A stretch of DNA of 63,018 bases, filler included, from Piptocephalis cylindrospora (Eukaryota): NCBI GenBank assembly GCA_003614145.1. It is 17 parts of 17 records of this genome, joined end to end, with 100 filler letters (N's around TTAATTAATTAA, not from the genome) between each part and the next. Parts side by side here need not be neighbours in the genome. Positions count along the whole stretch, not along the records: positions 33,596 to 37,217 come from KZ988655.1; positions 37,318 to 40,932 come from KZ988656.1; positions 41,033 to 44,645 come from KZ988657.1; positions 44,746 to 48,357 come from KZ988658.1; 13 more parts are not named here. One strand, written 5' to 3'. This document shows, one piece after another, positions 35,400 through 48,457 of the stretch (its first letter is position 1; each line of letters starts with the position of its first letter). The notes below the pieces were generated by a model. It did not search any database. It saw only the letters and a list, made by a program, of their open reading frames with translations, and had not been told where the DNA came from. The position numbers were made by a program, and so were the translations under genes.

Positions 35400-35660
35400 T
35401 ATCATTGTATTTTCCCCGGGTGGGGTGGGCTGATGAATATCCGAACACAATACCCGCGCTTAAGTCGGTCTGCATGGTACCAGGAACTAGGTCCCTGATG
35501 TGTGACCCTACTCTGTAAGTATTATAGATGCTACAAACATCCAACGCCCATCCTTACCTGGAGGAATGTTCGCCACCATGAGCGTCCCTCGATTAGATCA
35601 GGGAAACTGGGGATTTGGATGGGCATATCATCCTCCCCCAAAGACGGCATACCCATCCTC
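35400..35660 (-). repeat. Dispersed ~260-bp repeat (subfamily B), copy 1
   Basis: Reverse complement aligns with 36211-36490 and 36960-37217 (CATCCAAATCCC.AGTTTCCCT, TGGTGGCG, TCTCCAGGT, CCTGGTACCA, GTTCGGAT, CCCCAC..GGGGAAAATA). Confidence 0.85.
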
Positions 35661-36210
35661 CTCCCCCGGCGCCCGTCACTTCCCTGACTCCCTCCTAGGG
35701 CGTCTGTTCCCCCAGGCTCCACCCCACTCTCGCCTTTTCTTTCTCTTCCATTCCCTCCTGATATCCATTTTCTGCTTCTTGGCTATCTGTTTCGTGCACC
35801 CTCTCAGCCAGATGTTTTTGTAAAACTGTTCCATCATTCTCGCGTACATCTCTCGGATCCCCATTTCTGCTGCCCTTATCATCTTCCTCGGCTTACTCTC
35901 CATCCTTCCGTCTCCTTCAAGTATGCCCTCCACTACTTTTCTCCATCATCACGCTGACCCCTCCATGCTCTTCCCCACATCCCTCCAAGGACACCATGCT
36001 CCCTCTATCGCCTTCACCACCCTGCCGACCGGGCCCTGTCTTCACTCATGCCCCCCTCGCCCCTTTCTCCATCTTTCCCACTTCCTCATACCCCCACCCT
36101 CCCCTTGGACATACCAATAGATGATGAACCGTTTCTTTGCCACCCTCACACATCGGCCAGGAATGAAGGGCATTTGTTGTTGAATAATTTATTGTCTTAT
36201 GGAGAAAAAC

Positions 36211-36490
36211 GGTGGGTAGGCTGTCTTTAGGGGATGATGGTATGCTCATCCAAATCCCTAGTTTCCCTAAATGGACCGAGCAATCCTCGTGGTGGCGGAT
36301 GTTTCTCCAGGTGGCAGTAGGTTTCAGGTGTCTGTAGTGCCCATGAGGACTTGAGTATAGGGCACACGTCGGGGACATAGTCCTTGGTATCACGCATGCT
36401 GGCCTATTTTGGGCGGGTTATTTTGGGCGGGTTATGTGTTTGGATGCCTAACAGCCTACCCCACTGAGGGAAGATATAAAGGTTTTATCA
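36211..36490 (+). repeat. Subfamily B repeat, copy 2 (inverted partner of copy 1)
   Basis: See copy 1. Contains an internal 14-bp tandem duplication TATTTTGGGCGGGT. Confidence 0.85.
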
Positions 36491-36959
36491 ATCAATCTTA
36501 TGGAGAAGAACGTCCAAGGGATAGTCAGGGTGCGGAGGCAGGAGCATTAGGCTATGAACGGTAGGGCGGGGGTGGGTAGAAAGACAGGTAGGGATGGTGG
36601 GGATCGAATCCACAACCGAATGAAAGGTATTTAGTAATAATATATAATATCTGAACGAAAACTCATACATTTTCAACTTTTCGACGTACAGAGAATCGAT
36701 GAAAGGGATGAAGGGGGGCGAGCATAAACAATACGACCAGGGTATGCATTGTACGAAATTAAAAAAGTCACATACCTTTTAATTTTGACAGAATCCTTTG
36801 CTATTAAAAGAAAATACGTTGAATTGTATATAGAAACTGTATAAACTTCGCTGACGCCTTTAACCAAGTCCATCTATACAGAAAAGGCGATTAGAATATA
36901 TCACGTTGGGATCGACGCACCGTAGGGGAATCAGAGGCAAGATGGCAACCTCGGAATGC

Positions 36960-37217
36960 GGGAGGGTATGCCATTGCCTGGGGGGACAATGGTATGCCTA
37001 ATCGTGTCCCAAATTTCCCTGATTGCTCTCAGAGACTTTTGTGGTGGAGGACGTTTCTTCGGGTGAAGGTAGGCTTCAGGGCTCTGTAGCATCCATCCAT
37101 CTCTTCTTTAGCATAGGGTACGTGTCGGAAGCATAATGTTCCTGGTACCACACATGCCAACTATCTTGGCAGACATTGTGCTCGGATGCCCATCCGCCTA
37201 CCCCACTGGGGAAAATA
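36960..37217 (+). repeat. Subfamily B repeat, copy 3 (cut by contig end)
   Basis: GGTATGCC..TTTCCCTGAT..TGTGGTGG..GTAGGCTTCAGG..CCTGGTACCAC..CGGATGCC..CCTACCCCACTGGGGAAAATA. Confidence 0.85.
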
Positions 37218-38718
37218 NNNNNNNNNNNNNNNNNNNNNNNNNNNNNNNNNNNNNNNNNNNNTTAATTAATTAANNNNNNNNNNNNNNNNNNNNNNNNNNN
37301 NNNNNNNNNNNNNNNNNGGGCGTGGCCATGACTCTGGCCCTAGCCAATCTTCTTTCTCATACCGGGGGATGGATAGGGACACGATAATGCTAGGGAGGAG
37401 GAGGGGCTATTTAGTAGGTTTTTCGGGTGCAGTGGGATGAGGGAGGAGACGTGCAAAGAAAAGTGGGGGTCTATAGGTGTTGAAGGGAGACGATTGGGCG
37501 GTCCACCCTATCCGCATCCACACACACACGATGGAGGGGGAAGTGAGGATGATGGCGACGCGTTTTTCGTACGGGTAATTTGAATGAGCAGAGGTAATGG
37601 GGTTCCGAGATGAGGGGAGAAGGGGGCCTCTCTCTAATGCTAGACACCGTATGAGTTCATCTCTCACTCCAGCAAGTCCAGCCCCATGGGGCAGCCTTCC
37701 CCCCACATTATTTCCTGATTATTCCGGGATTTCGGGGAGGGATCCGATGTCTTCCTTACTCTCATACTCATTTCCACTTTAGACCAAGGTACACACTGTG
37801 AAGCATTTAGCCTCGTCATGCAGGGAACTAGGTTTGACCTTTCACTACCCACTGTAGCTTGAGTGAGCATCTATAGAGACAATGACTGTGGGTGGGTTAG
37901 GCTGGTCAACCCCTCTGTGGCAAGCATAGGAACAGGATGTTCCGAAACTTGCCGAGCGGATGATCAAAAAAAGTGAGAGAAATACCACGGGCGACTAAGC
38001 TGTGTGTGTGTGTGTGCGTACACGATGGACAGGAGAAGGCACTGGAAGGATGGAGGAGGTTCTACACGGAGAGAAGGTGTGGGAAGGGCAGCAATGGAGC
38101 CTCATCCCGTTTGACAGTGATCCAAGCGGCAGGGCATACCATCACAGCAGTCTGGTAAGTAAAGAACCCCTTAGGGCAGAAGTGCAAAGGGTTTAATGGG
38201 CCCCTTCATCTGGGGAGTGAGGCGAGACTGCCCCCTTGGATCTGGATGGCACTTGTCTATTCCGATCCTGAATCATCAGGTGATCGATGGAATCCTCACA
38301 TTTCCTCATTTGCCTCTAATTCTCCTATCCTCCGAGATGGGCCTCCGATTTTGACCGATGAGAACGACCCTAAAGGAGGTGTGCAGACCAAGAAATCAAG
38401 TAGACATAGGAAAGGGTAAAAGTCGTGCGTTTCAGGGACATTCAAGTCACAAAGATCATTCCTCTACCCCACCTGCAAATAGAATGGCATCATCATTAGA
38501 GGGAGGAGGAGCAAGACACGAGTTGCTCACCATCATGCCTCATCTATCATCGTGGATGAAGCACATGAGCCCTGATCATCGTCGTGTAAACATGCCAAGT
38601 AGAACTCTCCAAGCTCTTTCCCCCAAACAAGCAGAGATACACACAAGTGGCAAGTCATCCTTGTTACCCAAGTACGGAATCACCCTCCCTCCCCCCTCCT
38701 TTCACCTTCAACTTCACC

Positions 38719-39400
38719 ATGCCTCAGATCGAACACGGATTCTCCCCCTATGCCGATAATGGAGGGTATGTGGAGGGATGAGGGGCTTGCAACTTTGGAT
38801 AAAGTCCTCGTACTGCTTGCATGAGGGCTTCACTCCAGGAGGCAAGGAAACACGTCTCATACCTTCTTTCTCTCATCATCCCCTTCTTAGATCTGTCCTA
38901 GCCATTGCTGGGGAAGATTTCTGCGTCGTGGCCGCAGACACTCGTCAGAGTGACGGATACAGCATCAACTCCCGGTACTCTCCCAAGGCCTATAAGCTGT
39001 ATGTTGGGGGAGGAGAGGGGGGAGGGAGGTTCTCTGAGATGGTCCTATTCTGCGGATCCTCACTCATATCCCTCCTGATAGATCGGATAAGGTTATCCTG
39101 GGTACCTCTGGATTCCACGCTGATGGAAGCCAGTTGACTAAGAGGGTGAAGCAACAGATGGACTGGTACAAGTACAAGCACAACAAGGCCATCTCTTGTC
39201 CGGCCACTGCGCAAATGCTCTCCAACATGCTGTACATGCGTCGTTTTTTCCCTTACTATACCTTCAACATCGTTGGTGGTCTGGACCCCGAGGGCCGTGG
39301 GGCTGTCTACTCCTTTGACCCTGTTGGATCTTTTGAGCGGGAGGAATACCGTAGCGGAGGCTCCGCCGCTGATCTTCTCCAGCCCTTTTTGGATTCTCAG
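38719..39400 (+). CDS. PRE7: 20S proteasome beta-6 subunit; C-terminal exon(s) missing
   Basis: FSPYADNGG / [29 protein letters not shown] / [36 protein letters not shown]. Introns 38766-38890 and 38999-39081; donor at 39401 has no PRE7 exon after it. Confidence 0.9.
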
Positions 39401-39493
39401 GTGCGTGGGAAGAGGGGTGCTTGAGCCACAAGGGGCTATCCCCGTCTCATCATCTCATCTCATCTCATCCCATTCCATCCCAAGGCACGCACC

Positions 39494-40932
39494 ATGTACT
39501 CTCAACTCCTCTCACGCGCCTCTCCCCTTCGGGCTGGCTTCAAGCCCCTTGGTCGCTCGGTAAGTTTGATCCTCCTTCTTTCCCTACCTCTCCCTCTCCC
39601 TTGATCCGCCTCCTCCCCTAACAACACCTTCTCCTCCTCCTCCTCCTCTTTCGCTTCATGTCCATCTTTCTAGATCCTCCCCGGGCTCTCCCGTCCTCAG
39701 TACGCCTCCCTTCGCAGGGAGAGCACCAAAGTTCAGGGTGCCGTGATCGGTATTGATTTGGGTACTACCAACTCTTGCGTCTCTATCATGGAGGGCAAAA
39801 CCCCCAGGGTTATCGAGAACTCCGAGGGCGGCCGTACCACCCCCTCAGTCGTGGCATTCTCCAAGGACGGGGGTGAGCTCCTCGTCGGTGTCCCGGCCAA
39901 GCGTCAGGCCGTGGTCAACCCCACCAACACCCTCTTTGCCACCAAGCGTCTGATCGGTCGTCGCTTCGACGACGCCACTGTCAAGAAGGACATTGACCAG
40001 GTCCCCTACAAGATCGTCCCTCACTCCAATGGTGACGCGTGGGTCGAGGCCGATGGCAAGAAGTACTCTCCTTCCCAGGTCGGTGGCTTCGTCGTCGGCA
40101 AGATGAAGGAGACTGCCGAGTCCTATCTCGGTAAGACGGTGAAGAACGCCGTCATCACCGTCCCCGCCTACTTCAACGACTCGCAGCGTCAGGCCACTAA
40201 GGACGCTGGTCAGATCGCCGGTCTCAACGTCCTTCGTGTCATCAATGAGCCCACTGCCGCTGCCCTCGCCTACGGCCTGGAGAAGAACCAGGATAAGGTG
40301 GTCGCCGTGTACGATCTGGGTGGTGGAACCTTTGATATCTCCATTCTCGAGATCCAGTCCAGTGTCTTCGAGGTCAAGTCCACCAACGGAGATACCCATC
40401 TTGGTGGAGAGGACTTTGACATTGTCCTCCTCCGGTCCATCATGGAGGAGTTCAAGAAGACCGAGGGCATCGACCTTGGAAAGGACCGGATGGCTGTTCA
40501 GAGAATCCGTGAGGCCGCCGAGAAGGCTAAGATCGAGCTGTCCTCCACCATGCAGACCGACATCAACCTTCCTTACATCACCGCCGATGCCTCTGGCCCC
40601 AAGCACATCATGCAAAAGCTCTCCCGATCCCAGTTCCAGAGCCTGGTCAAGCCCCTTCTCGACCGTACCGTCGAGCCCTGCAAGAAGGCCCTCAAGGATG
40701 CCGGTGTCAGCCCCAAGGAGATCTCCGACGTCATCCTCGTCGGAGGCATGTCCCGTATGCCCAAGGTAATGGAGTCCGTCAAGGAGATCTTTGGCCGTGA
40801 GCCCTCCAAGTCCGTCAACCCCGACGAGGCCGTGGCCATCGGTGCCGCCATTCAGGGTGGTGTCCTGGCCGGAGACGTCACCGATGTCCTCCTCCTTGAT
40901 GTGACCCCTCTGTCCCTCGGGATTGAGACCTT
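39494..40932 (+). CDS. SSC1: Mitochondrial Hsp70, 3'-partial
   Basis: Targeting-peptide exon [22 protein letters not shown], intron 39560-39673, then [40 protein letters not shown]. Confidence 0.95.
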
Positions 40933-41032
40933 NNNNNNNNNNNNNNNNNNNNNNNNNNNNNNNNNNNNNNNNNNNNTTAATTAATTAANNNNNNNNNNNN
41001 NNNNNNNNNNNNNNNNNNNNNNNNNNNNNNNN

Positions 41033-44000
41033 GCCCGGGACCTACGTCAAATTCGGAGCCCCATGACCCCTCCTTCACCCTAGCTTCTCGCTCAACTACA
41101 TACCATTCGACCGCCTCTGGCTCTTCCCTTGACGAAGATCGTCGGTTTAGAGCGGGGAATAATGTGGAGTCTAATAAGGTGGAAGGATCGGGAGGGGTCC
41201 CGGAGGCCTACTCCAATGCCACAAGCAACCTCCCAACGACATATCGACGCCTGAAGAGATTCTCCTTGCAACTAGTTAATCCTCAGGTGAGCTTCAGCGC
41301 AGGATCCATTGTTTCTCAAGCTAATCGTAGGCGGCACATGAATGAAGGAGAAGATGGGCAGAATAATGAGGAGAACGATGAAAAGGATGGGGCAGCGAAG
41401 ATGAGTGAAGATCGGGTGGTGCTTTCCTCGGAGAACTTTTATCTCCAGTACTTTTCTCTCATTGACCCCAGATACATGGGTGATGACACCAATGAGAAGG
41501 TCAAGACGAAAATGCTCCTGAGGATCCAGCACCTACAACTTTTTTCCGTTATGGAGCAGGTGACCTCCTCGGCCGGCTGGTGGAAACGGGGTCTCGCCCC
41601 TTTATGCCCAGAGCAGGAACAGGACAATGGGTGCCTACGCATGCCTTTAGAGCTCTTCCTGCATCAGTACCAGGGAGAATCTGGGCCCTTTAAGTGCATG
41701 GTTGAAGGCGCTATCTCAACGGTGTCGTATGACAAGTACAACCGCCTTCGGTTCATTCAAGGCGGCGGGGAATCGGATCATTCCAACACCTCCTCTGGAG
41801 GCGCGTCATCCACCATTTCTGGCCTCCACGATCCTTCTGATGGGGCAGGCCACAATGCGGAAGGAAGACCTGGAGGAGAGAATAAAGGAGAAGGGAACAA
41901 GGGAGAAGAGGGAGAGGAATCCTCGCCATACCGCACCTCCCAGGAGCTAGACACGGTGTTCATTCATATCCCGCGCTTCCTCTTCACCGCGGATCCAGAG
42001 CAGTTCGGCCTCCTCCTCACCTTGGTCAATGATCTGATTATCTATCATGAGCCAATGAGAAAACTAGTCCTGGACCAGGTTAAAGCTGTAGTTGTGTCAT
42101 CCAGTGCTCTGGATGTGTACGATGGGATTGTGGAGACTATGGAGCAATTGCAGAACTCTGCACGTGATCTCTATGAGGTAGTGCAGGAGGCAGAGCTTGA
42201 ATCACATATCCCTGGAGGCCTGGAGCGAGTGGAGCAGGTGCGTCAGCAGTATCATCAACTCATGGATTACTTTTACATTGCCACCGAGGCCATTAATCGA
42301 GCCCAGAGGATCATGCGACCCGGGGTCAACGAGGCCTCTCGGTCGGTTACTCGGGGGACTCGAGCAATCATGACAGCTGATGAGGTATCCTGGATTGCCC
42401 TTCAGGTTTCCCGGGAACCCTTATGTGAATTCACCTTGATTGGTGCTGACCTAGTCTGGAAAATGCTGGAGGACAAATCCAGTGTTAATAGCCTCCAAGT
42501 AGAGGAGCTCACCTGCGTAAATCTCTCTTCCACGGCCAATTCTCCCAACGATACATCCATATTCAAGGATATCATTTTTCCTTATCTCCATGGCCCCCAC
42601 GCCAGCGAAAGGGCCCTGGCATTCGCTAGCCAAAAGATGCTCCGAGTTTACTGGCGAGAGCTACCACCGGTGGGCGGTATCCAGGTCGTAGAGCATTTTG
42701 AGGTTAACCTCTTCCCTCTAACTCTGCAGCTAACCCACGAATTTGGCAGGCAAATTATGTCCTATATCTTTGCGGAACGAAGGCGGAAACGGGCCAACGA
42801 GGAGCACATGGAGGCACTGGAAACACATGACGGAATGAGCGGGGGAGGTGATCGAATGGGGAAGACCACTAAGGGCTCGGCAAACTCCTCGGCCACCTCA
42901 AGTGCCTCGTCACATAACATAGCCCCTTCCTCTTCTACCGGGAAGGATGTGCGCGACAAGGGCAAGGGTGTGGTAGAAGCCCAAGCGCTCGCGCGCTCCG
43001 TTGGTCTAGGGGAAGAGTCCACACCAATCCAGCTCATGCAGGCACGGGCCGCCACCAACAAAACCTTTCTTTACATTCACGTTCCTGGTGCCCCTATTTG
43101 CCTCAGTTACCAGGTAAGTTGAAGTGGCGATAAGGAAAATGAGAGTCCGGTAAAGAGCTTGAATCTTTTGGATTGAACGATGACAATTTATTCCTCTATT
43201 CTCACCATATCATCTACTATCCACCATGGGAAATTAACGTCTATTCTATAGGGCAAAAAGTCCAAAAATTTCACTGACATTCGAGGCTTCGTCTTTGACT
43301 TTCCCACTCTCAAGTATCAAAATAAGACTTGGAGCTGGTTAGATCTAACCTTGCAGATTAAGAAAGGTATGTAGTTGGCTGGGCATAGGGAAGCCCCATG
43401 TTCTCGAGGAATAACATGCAAAGATATCTGTTCACCTCTCATCATCACCTTTCTCTTCTCACCCTGTAGATCTTTATTGGTCCGCTCTATCGCACACGGG
43501 ATCATTGATGAAGGAAAAACTCTTTCATAACACGCACCATACCCCTCCAGTAAATGCTTCAGCTAATCTCCCCTACCTGACCGCCTATGCAAGCGAAGAG
43601 GAGGGCTCAAAATGCTCCAATTGGGAGGGGGATCCTAATGCTATGGCAGAAAGGCAGATCCCTGGACAACGCAAGTCCATCTTAGAAGCGTCCCGTGATA
43701 AGGGACTTAGTGAAGGCCTGGGCGATAAGGGAAAGAGGAGGCGGAAACCTCCTGCGGTCGTGACCCGGTCCTCAGTGGGATGGCATTCCCTTCCCCGATC
43801 CTCCTCCGGACGTCTCTCTCACCACCTACCCCGACGTGAGGTCAATGCACGAGCCCTATTGGCGCGCAAGAGGCAGAGTGCCTTCATCGAAGAGATGTCT
43901 GACCTTCCTTCTCCCAATCCTCTCAGACCTTCGGTTGCTTCTCCACCCACGAGTCCAAAAATTTCAGCGCGTAAAGGGCATGGCCTTGAACGGAGACGGT

Positions 44001-44319
44001 CAAAGCGACGAACCCTTTTTGGACGGCTACGGTAAGACTAATACGATGAACACACGTGGCTATCGGTTAAAGGTTGCTTATCTCCTCCTCCCCCATCTCC
44101 CGTAGAAAAGGCAAGGAGGATGTGAATTCCGATCAAAAAAGAGATGATGAATCCGCTATAAGTCGTGTTGACTCCTCGCGCCCCTCGTCCTGGAATAGTG
44201 AGCTTGGGGGGCCAATTCCCATGTTGGAGGAGGAGCCCACGGGAGAAGGCAGAAAAGAGATGACAGAAGAAGAGAAGCGTATGATTCTACTGGGGAGTGC
44301 CTACGGATCCTCATCTTAA
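41033..44319 (+). CDS. FMP27: Fmp27/Hobbit/BLTP2 bridge-like lipid transfer protein, C-terminal (Apt1) region, 5'-partial
   Basis: MLRVYWRELPPVGGIQVVEHFEVNLFPLTLQLT, MQARAATNKTFLYIHVP..LSYQ / GKKSKNFTDI..YQNKTWSWLDL. Introns at about 43114-43251, 43367-43469 and 44032-44105. Confidence 0.88.
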
Positions 44320-44745
44320 CCACCATCGTTAGTCATCATCGTTAGAAGCGCTGTCAATGGTAGCTGAGGTGAATGTATGGTTTGCGCATACACTATCCAA
44401 CAAGAATAAGAACAATAAATTTAGATTCTGAAAAGCAAGGTGAAAAGATGACCTGTCTCGCTCTCCGTGAGGCTCTTGCCCTAGAGCTCTTTTTTTAAAC
44501 CGATTTTCTCATTTCTGCACCTATCCTGAGAATACACAAACAGATAAAAGGAAAAATCCTTATGTGCCTGATCTCTCCACCGAAGCTTGGAAAATGGACT
44601 TGATAATCCGTGGGAGATCCTTTGTATGCAGACATACATAAGCCCNNNNNNNNNNNNNNNNNNNNNNNNNNNNNNNNNNNNNNNNNNNNTTAATTAATTA
44701 ANNNNNNNNNNNNNNNNNNNNNNNNNNNNNNNNNNNNNNNNNNNN

Positions 44746-46304
44746 GGAGAAAAGCTCGCAAGGACTATCCTCGCATGGATCATCCTTTGAGATGGTGCCC
44801 AAGCCCATGGATCAGGTTAGGACGCTACCAGACGAATCCCCTTCCCCTCCATCCGGTACACTCTCCCGGGATGATGAGGGGGAGGGAGAGATGGTGGGGA
44901 AGCCGGTAAGGGATGATGACATCCTGGCTGGATGGGAGGATGCATGCATCACTGGGACGACCTATGAGCAGGAAGGATCGTTCATGGGGGAGCCTCATCT
45001 TACTCGAGTGGCGTCTCACCTGGCCACTGGCCTAGTGGATGCGGCCACTGACTTGAACGATCGGCTGAGTAACTGGTTTCACACCACCTTCCCTTCCACC
45101 CTCCCTCCTAGAGCATCCCCCTCTCTGGATATCCTGAATGTTCCCGAGGAGGAATGGGAAGAGGAGGAAGGGATGGGGATGGAGCAGGGGGAAGAGGGGG
45201 ACCGTGTGTGCTGGGTCCTTGGAAGGTCCTACCGAGGTTTCGGTTGGGATGGGCCCTTGCCCCGGCGACTACAGCGGGACCTTCTTTCCCGTATTCACTG
45301 CACCTATCGAACTCAATTTCCTCCTTTGGGGGCCCAGGAGCTTACCAGTGATGTGGGATGGGGATGCATGATGCGCACCGGTCAATCCCTCCTGGCCCAA
45401 TCCCTACTTCTACGGCATTTGGGTCGGGATTGGAGAGTTGGGAAGTCCATGGGTGGGGCCCAGAAGAAGGAGGAGGAGGAGGAGGTTCACCGACGGATTC
45501 TCTCCTGGTTTTCCGATACTCCCGATGCCCCCTTCTCCCTTCATGCCATTGCCCAACAGGGGGAGGATGCGCATGGAAAGAGCATTGGGGAATGGCATGG
45601 ACCTAATACCCTAGCCATGGTTCTTCGAGACCTGGCCGGTCGGTTCCCCGAATGTGGCCTTCGAATTGCCGTCGCCCTTGGCGACACCATCTACCGGGAT
45701 CAGGTGAGGCAAGTGGCCACAGATGGGGGGAAACAGAAAGAGTGGCAGCCCTTGCTCCTCCTCGTCGTGGTCATGCTTGGGGTGGGGACGATCAACCCCG
45801 TCTATCTCCCGGCACTACGAGTCTCCTTGACCTTTCCCCAGTCCGTGGGGGTGGCTGGGGGCCGACCCGACGCTAGCCTGTACTTTGTCGGCTTTGAGGG
45901 GGAGGATATGCTATATTTGGATCCACATCGATCCAAACCCTCCTTTCCCCCACGGGCCCCAGGGGACACGACAAAGATGTCAGATGAGGTAGGATGCCTT
46001 TCGGGTGAATGAGGATGGTTTGTGCATGCCTTCCCTTACTCACACTACATCATCCTTCCCTCAGGAAATGGTCAGCTACCACGGAGGTGAGATCCGTCGA
46101 ATTTCCGGTTCCAAGCTGGATCCATGCGCCCTGTTGGGCTTTTATCTGGAGGACGAGGCAAGCTTTCGTCGTTTATCCCGACAACTTGAGGAAATCCGAC
46201 AACGGGGCGGGATGCCCATGTGCACCGTGGAAGAGTCTACCCCTCAGTATGCGGGAACCCCCGACTTTGGTAGTGTAAGTGATGGGGAATTTGATCTGGA
46301 TTGA
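44746..46304 (+). CDS. ATG4: Autophagy cysteine protease (peptidase C54), possibly 5'-partial
   Basis: TYRTQFPP, TSDVGWGCMMRTGQSLLAQ, GEWHGP, PQSVGVAGGRP.ASLYFVG, YLDPH; intron 45989-46064; LDPCALLGF. Confidence 0.93.
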
Positions 46305-47096
46305 AATTGGATTGGACTGGGCTGGGCTCGATATGAAATGGGATGGATAAGGCATCAGGTAATTGTTTACTGGACAATGATGGAATTTGACATGAATCAA
46401 TCCCAGACACTTTGCAGGATACGATGTGGATATGGATTGTTTGGGGGTAAAAATTAGAGGAAATCAAGCTCCGGTCATGGCCAGGCCTATCATACCACCA
46501 CTTTGAATCACTTGGATGTGCCCGTTTGCTCAAAGACTCCGCCACCTTCACTCCGAAGGCCTGGAATTTTTATCTAGCAACCATGAGATAGTCAGTGCGG
46601 GGTTTGAGTGAGCGTGAGTGCGAGTGAGTGAGCGAGTGAGTGAATGAATGAGGGAGGGACTAATTGACTAGCCAACGGGACTGAGTGGGCTGACTGGGCT
46701 TGACAGACCAACTCAAGCTCAGACTGTGGGGAGGAGCAGATCTGACGCTCTCTTGCTTCCAATATGCGCAAACCCCTCCCTCCACATTGATCCACCCATC
46801 GTACTTTAGGGGGAGGTGGTAGTATAAAGGTCCCCATCCAGTGTCCAAGGAACAGACATACAGTGTGATTCAATTCTTACTCCTTCTCTCCTCCTCTCCC
46901 TTCCCCTCTCCTCTCCTTTTCAGTCATCCTCTCCTTCCCTTCCTCAACGATATTCCTCTCCATCTCACTCCTTCTCTTTTTCGATCTGTCCTCTCCCTAC
47001 TCCCAACCTTATAGTGCACCCGCCTTGATGTGCGAGTGTGTATAACAAAAGCAACACATTTGACCACTTCCCACTCCTCAGCCTACAGCCCATATC

Positions 47097-48344
47097 ATGG
47101 GAACTCCCTTGTCAAAGGACTTGGCCTCCTTGCCCCTGGCATACACAAAACCCTCGGGACCAGGGGAGCCCCAAAGAGTCCCTCGGCATAACCCAAGATA
47201 CCCAGATCCAACGGGACATCTACCTGAGCAGGAAGGTGCGGCGGAGGGGGAAAGAGGAGGGGAGGAGGGTCAAAGGTCCGCACATCCTCAACCTCCTGGG
47301 AATTTAGCGGGGGTACAGGCGATTGGGGCAAGGCGATCTGTCTCGGAAACCTCGGCTCTTCCCCCAACTCCCATCCGCGGCTCCTCCCCTGCCCCCCAAC
47401 AAACCCTGACCTTCTCCGCCTTGCCCAGTGGATCCGTAGTGGGTTTGTGCCATCAGGGTATTCTTAGTCTGTCTCCCAACATCGGCCTTCTTCGGTCCAT
47501 CACCCACCTTCAGCTGTGTTGCAATCATCTTACCACCCTACCCCCCGAAATTGCCTATCTCACCTCCTTGACCACCCTGGATCTCTCGCGTAATCATCTC
47601 CGGGACCTGCCCCCCTCCCTCGCCCTCCTTCCTCGTCTCTCCCATCTTCATCTGGCCCATAATCACTTGTCTCGGTTCCCCCCGGCCCTGGCTCTTCTGC
47701 CACATCTGGAAGAGCTGCACTTGGAGGGGAACCTTATCCCTGTCCTTCCCGGCCCTATCATCGGGGCCATGAAGGCCTTGGTCTCCCTGGACCTTTCCCA
47801 CAACCCCATCCGATGGATCCCTGTGGAAGCCACTCGCCTTGGTCATCTTCAACGGATTCGGGTCGAAGGCTGCCCCTTCCCCAACTTGGCTGCTGAGCAT
47901 GAGGACGATGCCGCGGAAAGGCCCCATCCCCCGCCTCTTGCCCTTCATCCCGGGGGGATGGGAGACTCAGTGACGACGGTCGGACATGATACCCTCCTCC
48001 AGGATGTCTCTCTGGCCCGACATGGTTTGAGACGGGAGGGAGGAAGTAAGGAAGGTGGAGGTGGGGGAAAGGTCCCTTCCCTAAGGGAACTTTCCGCCCG
48101 AGTCTACATCCGGCACCAAGGAGGAATTCCCACTCAGAGATTACGTCCTCAGCCCTTTGTGGGCAGCTCAGTAGAGGGACATCCCCTGACTGAAGAGGGA
48201 GGGGGGGCGGAGGAAGGGAGTAAGAGAGGTAGACGAAGAAAACCCATGGAGGCCAGACCCCCCACTCCCTCCTCTCCCGGTCCAAGCCTCCCTCTAAACC
48301 CCGCCCTCCCTTCCAGGATCCTTCGATACTTGGAAAGGGCCGAG
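47097..48344 (+). CDS. Leucine-rich-repeat protein with a BC-box-like motif, 3'-partial
   Basis: About six LxxLxLxxNxL repeats, then VPSLRELSARV and LPSRILRYLERAE. Confidence 0.8.
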
Positions 48345-48457
48345 GTATGTGCGGACTNNNNNNNNNNNNNNNNNNNNNNNNNNNNNNNNNNNNNNNNNNN
48401 NTTAATTAATTAANNNNNNNNNNNNNNNNNNNNNNNNNNNNNNNNNNNNNNNNNNNN

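Noticed and set aside
39845..40615. 256-aa antisense ORF over Hsp70
   Set aside because: Shadow ORF from strong codon bias; antisense ORFs over Hsp70 genes are a familiar artefact.
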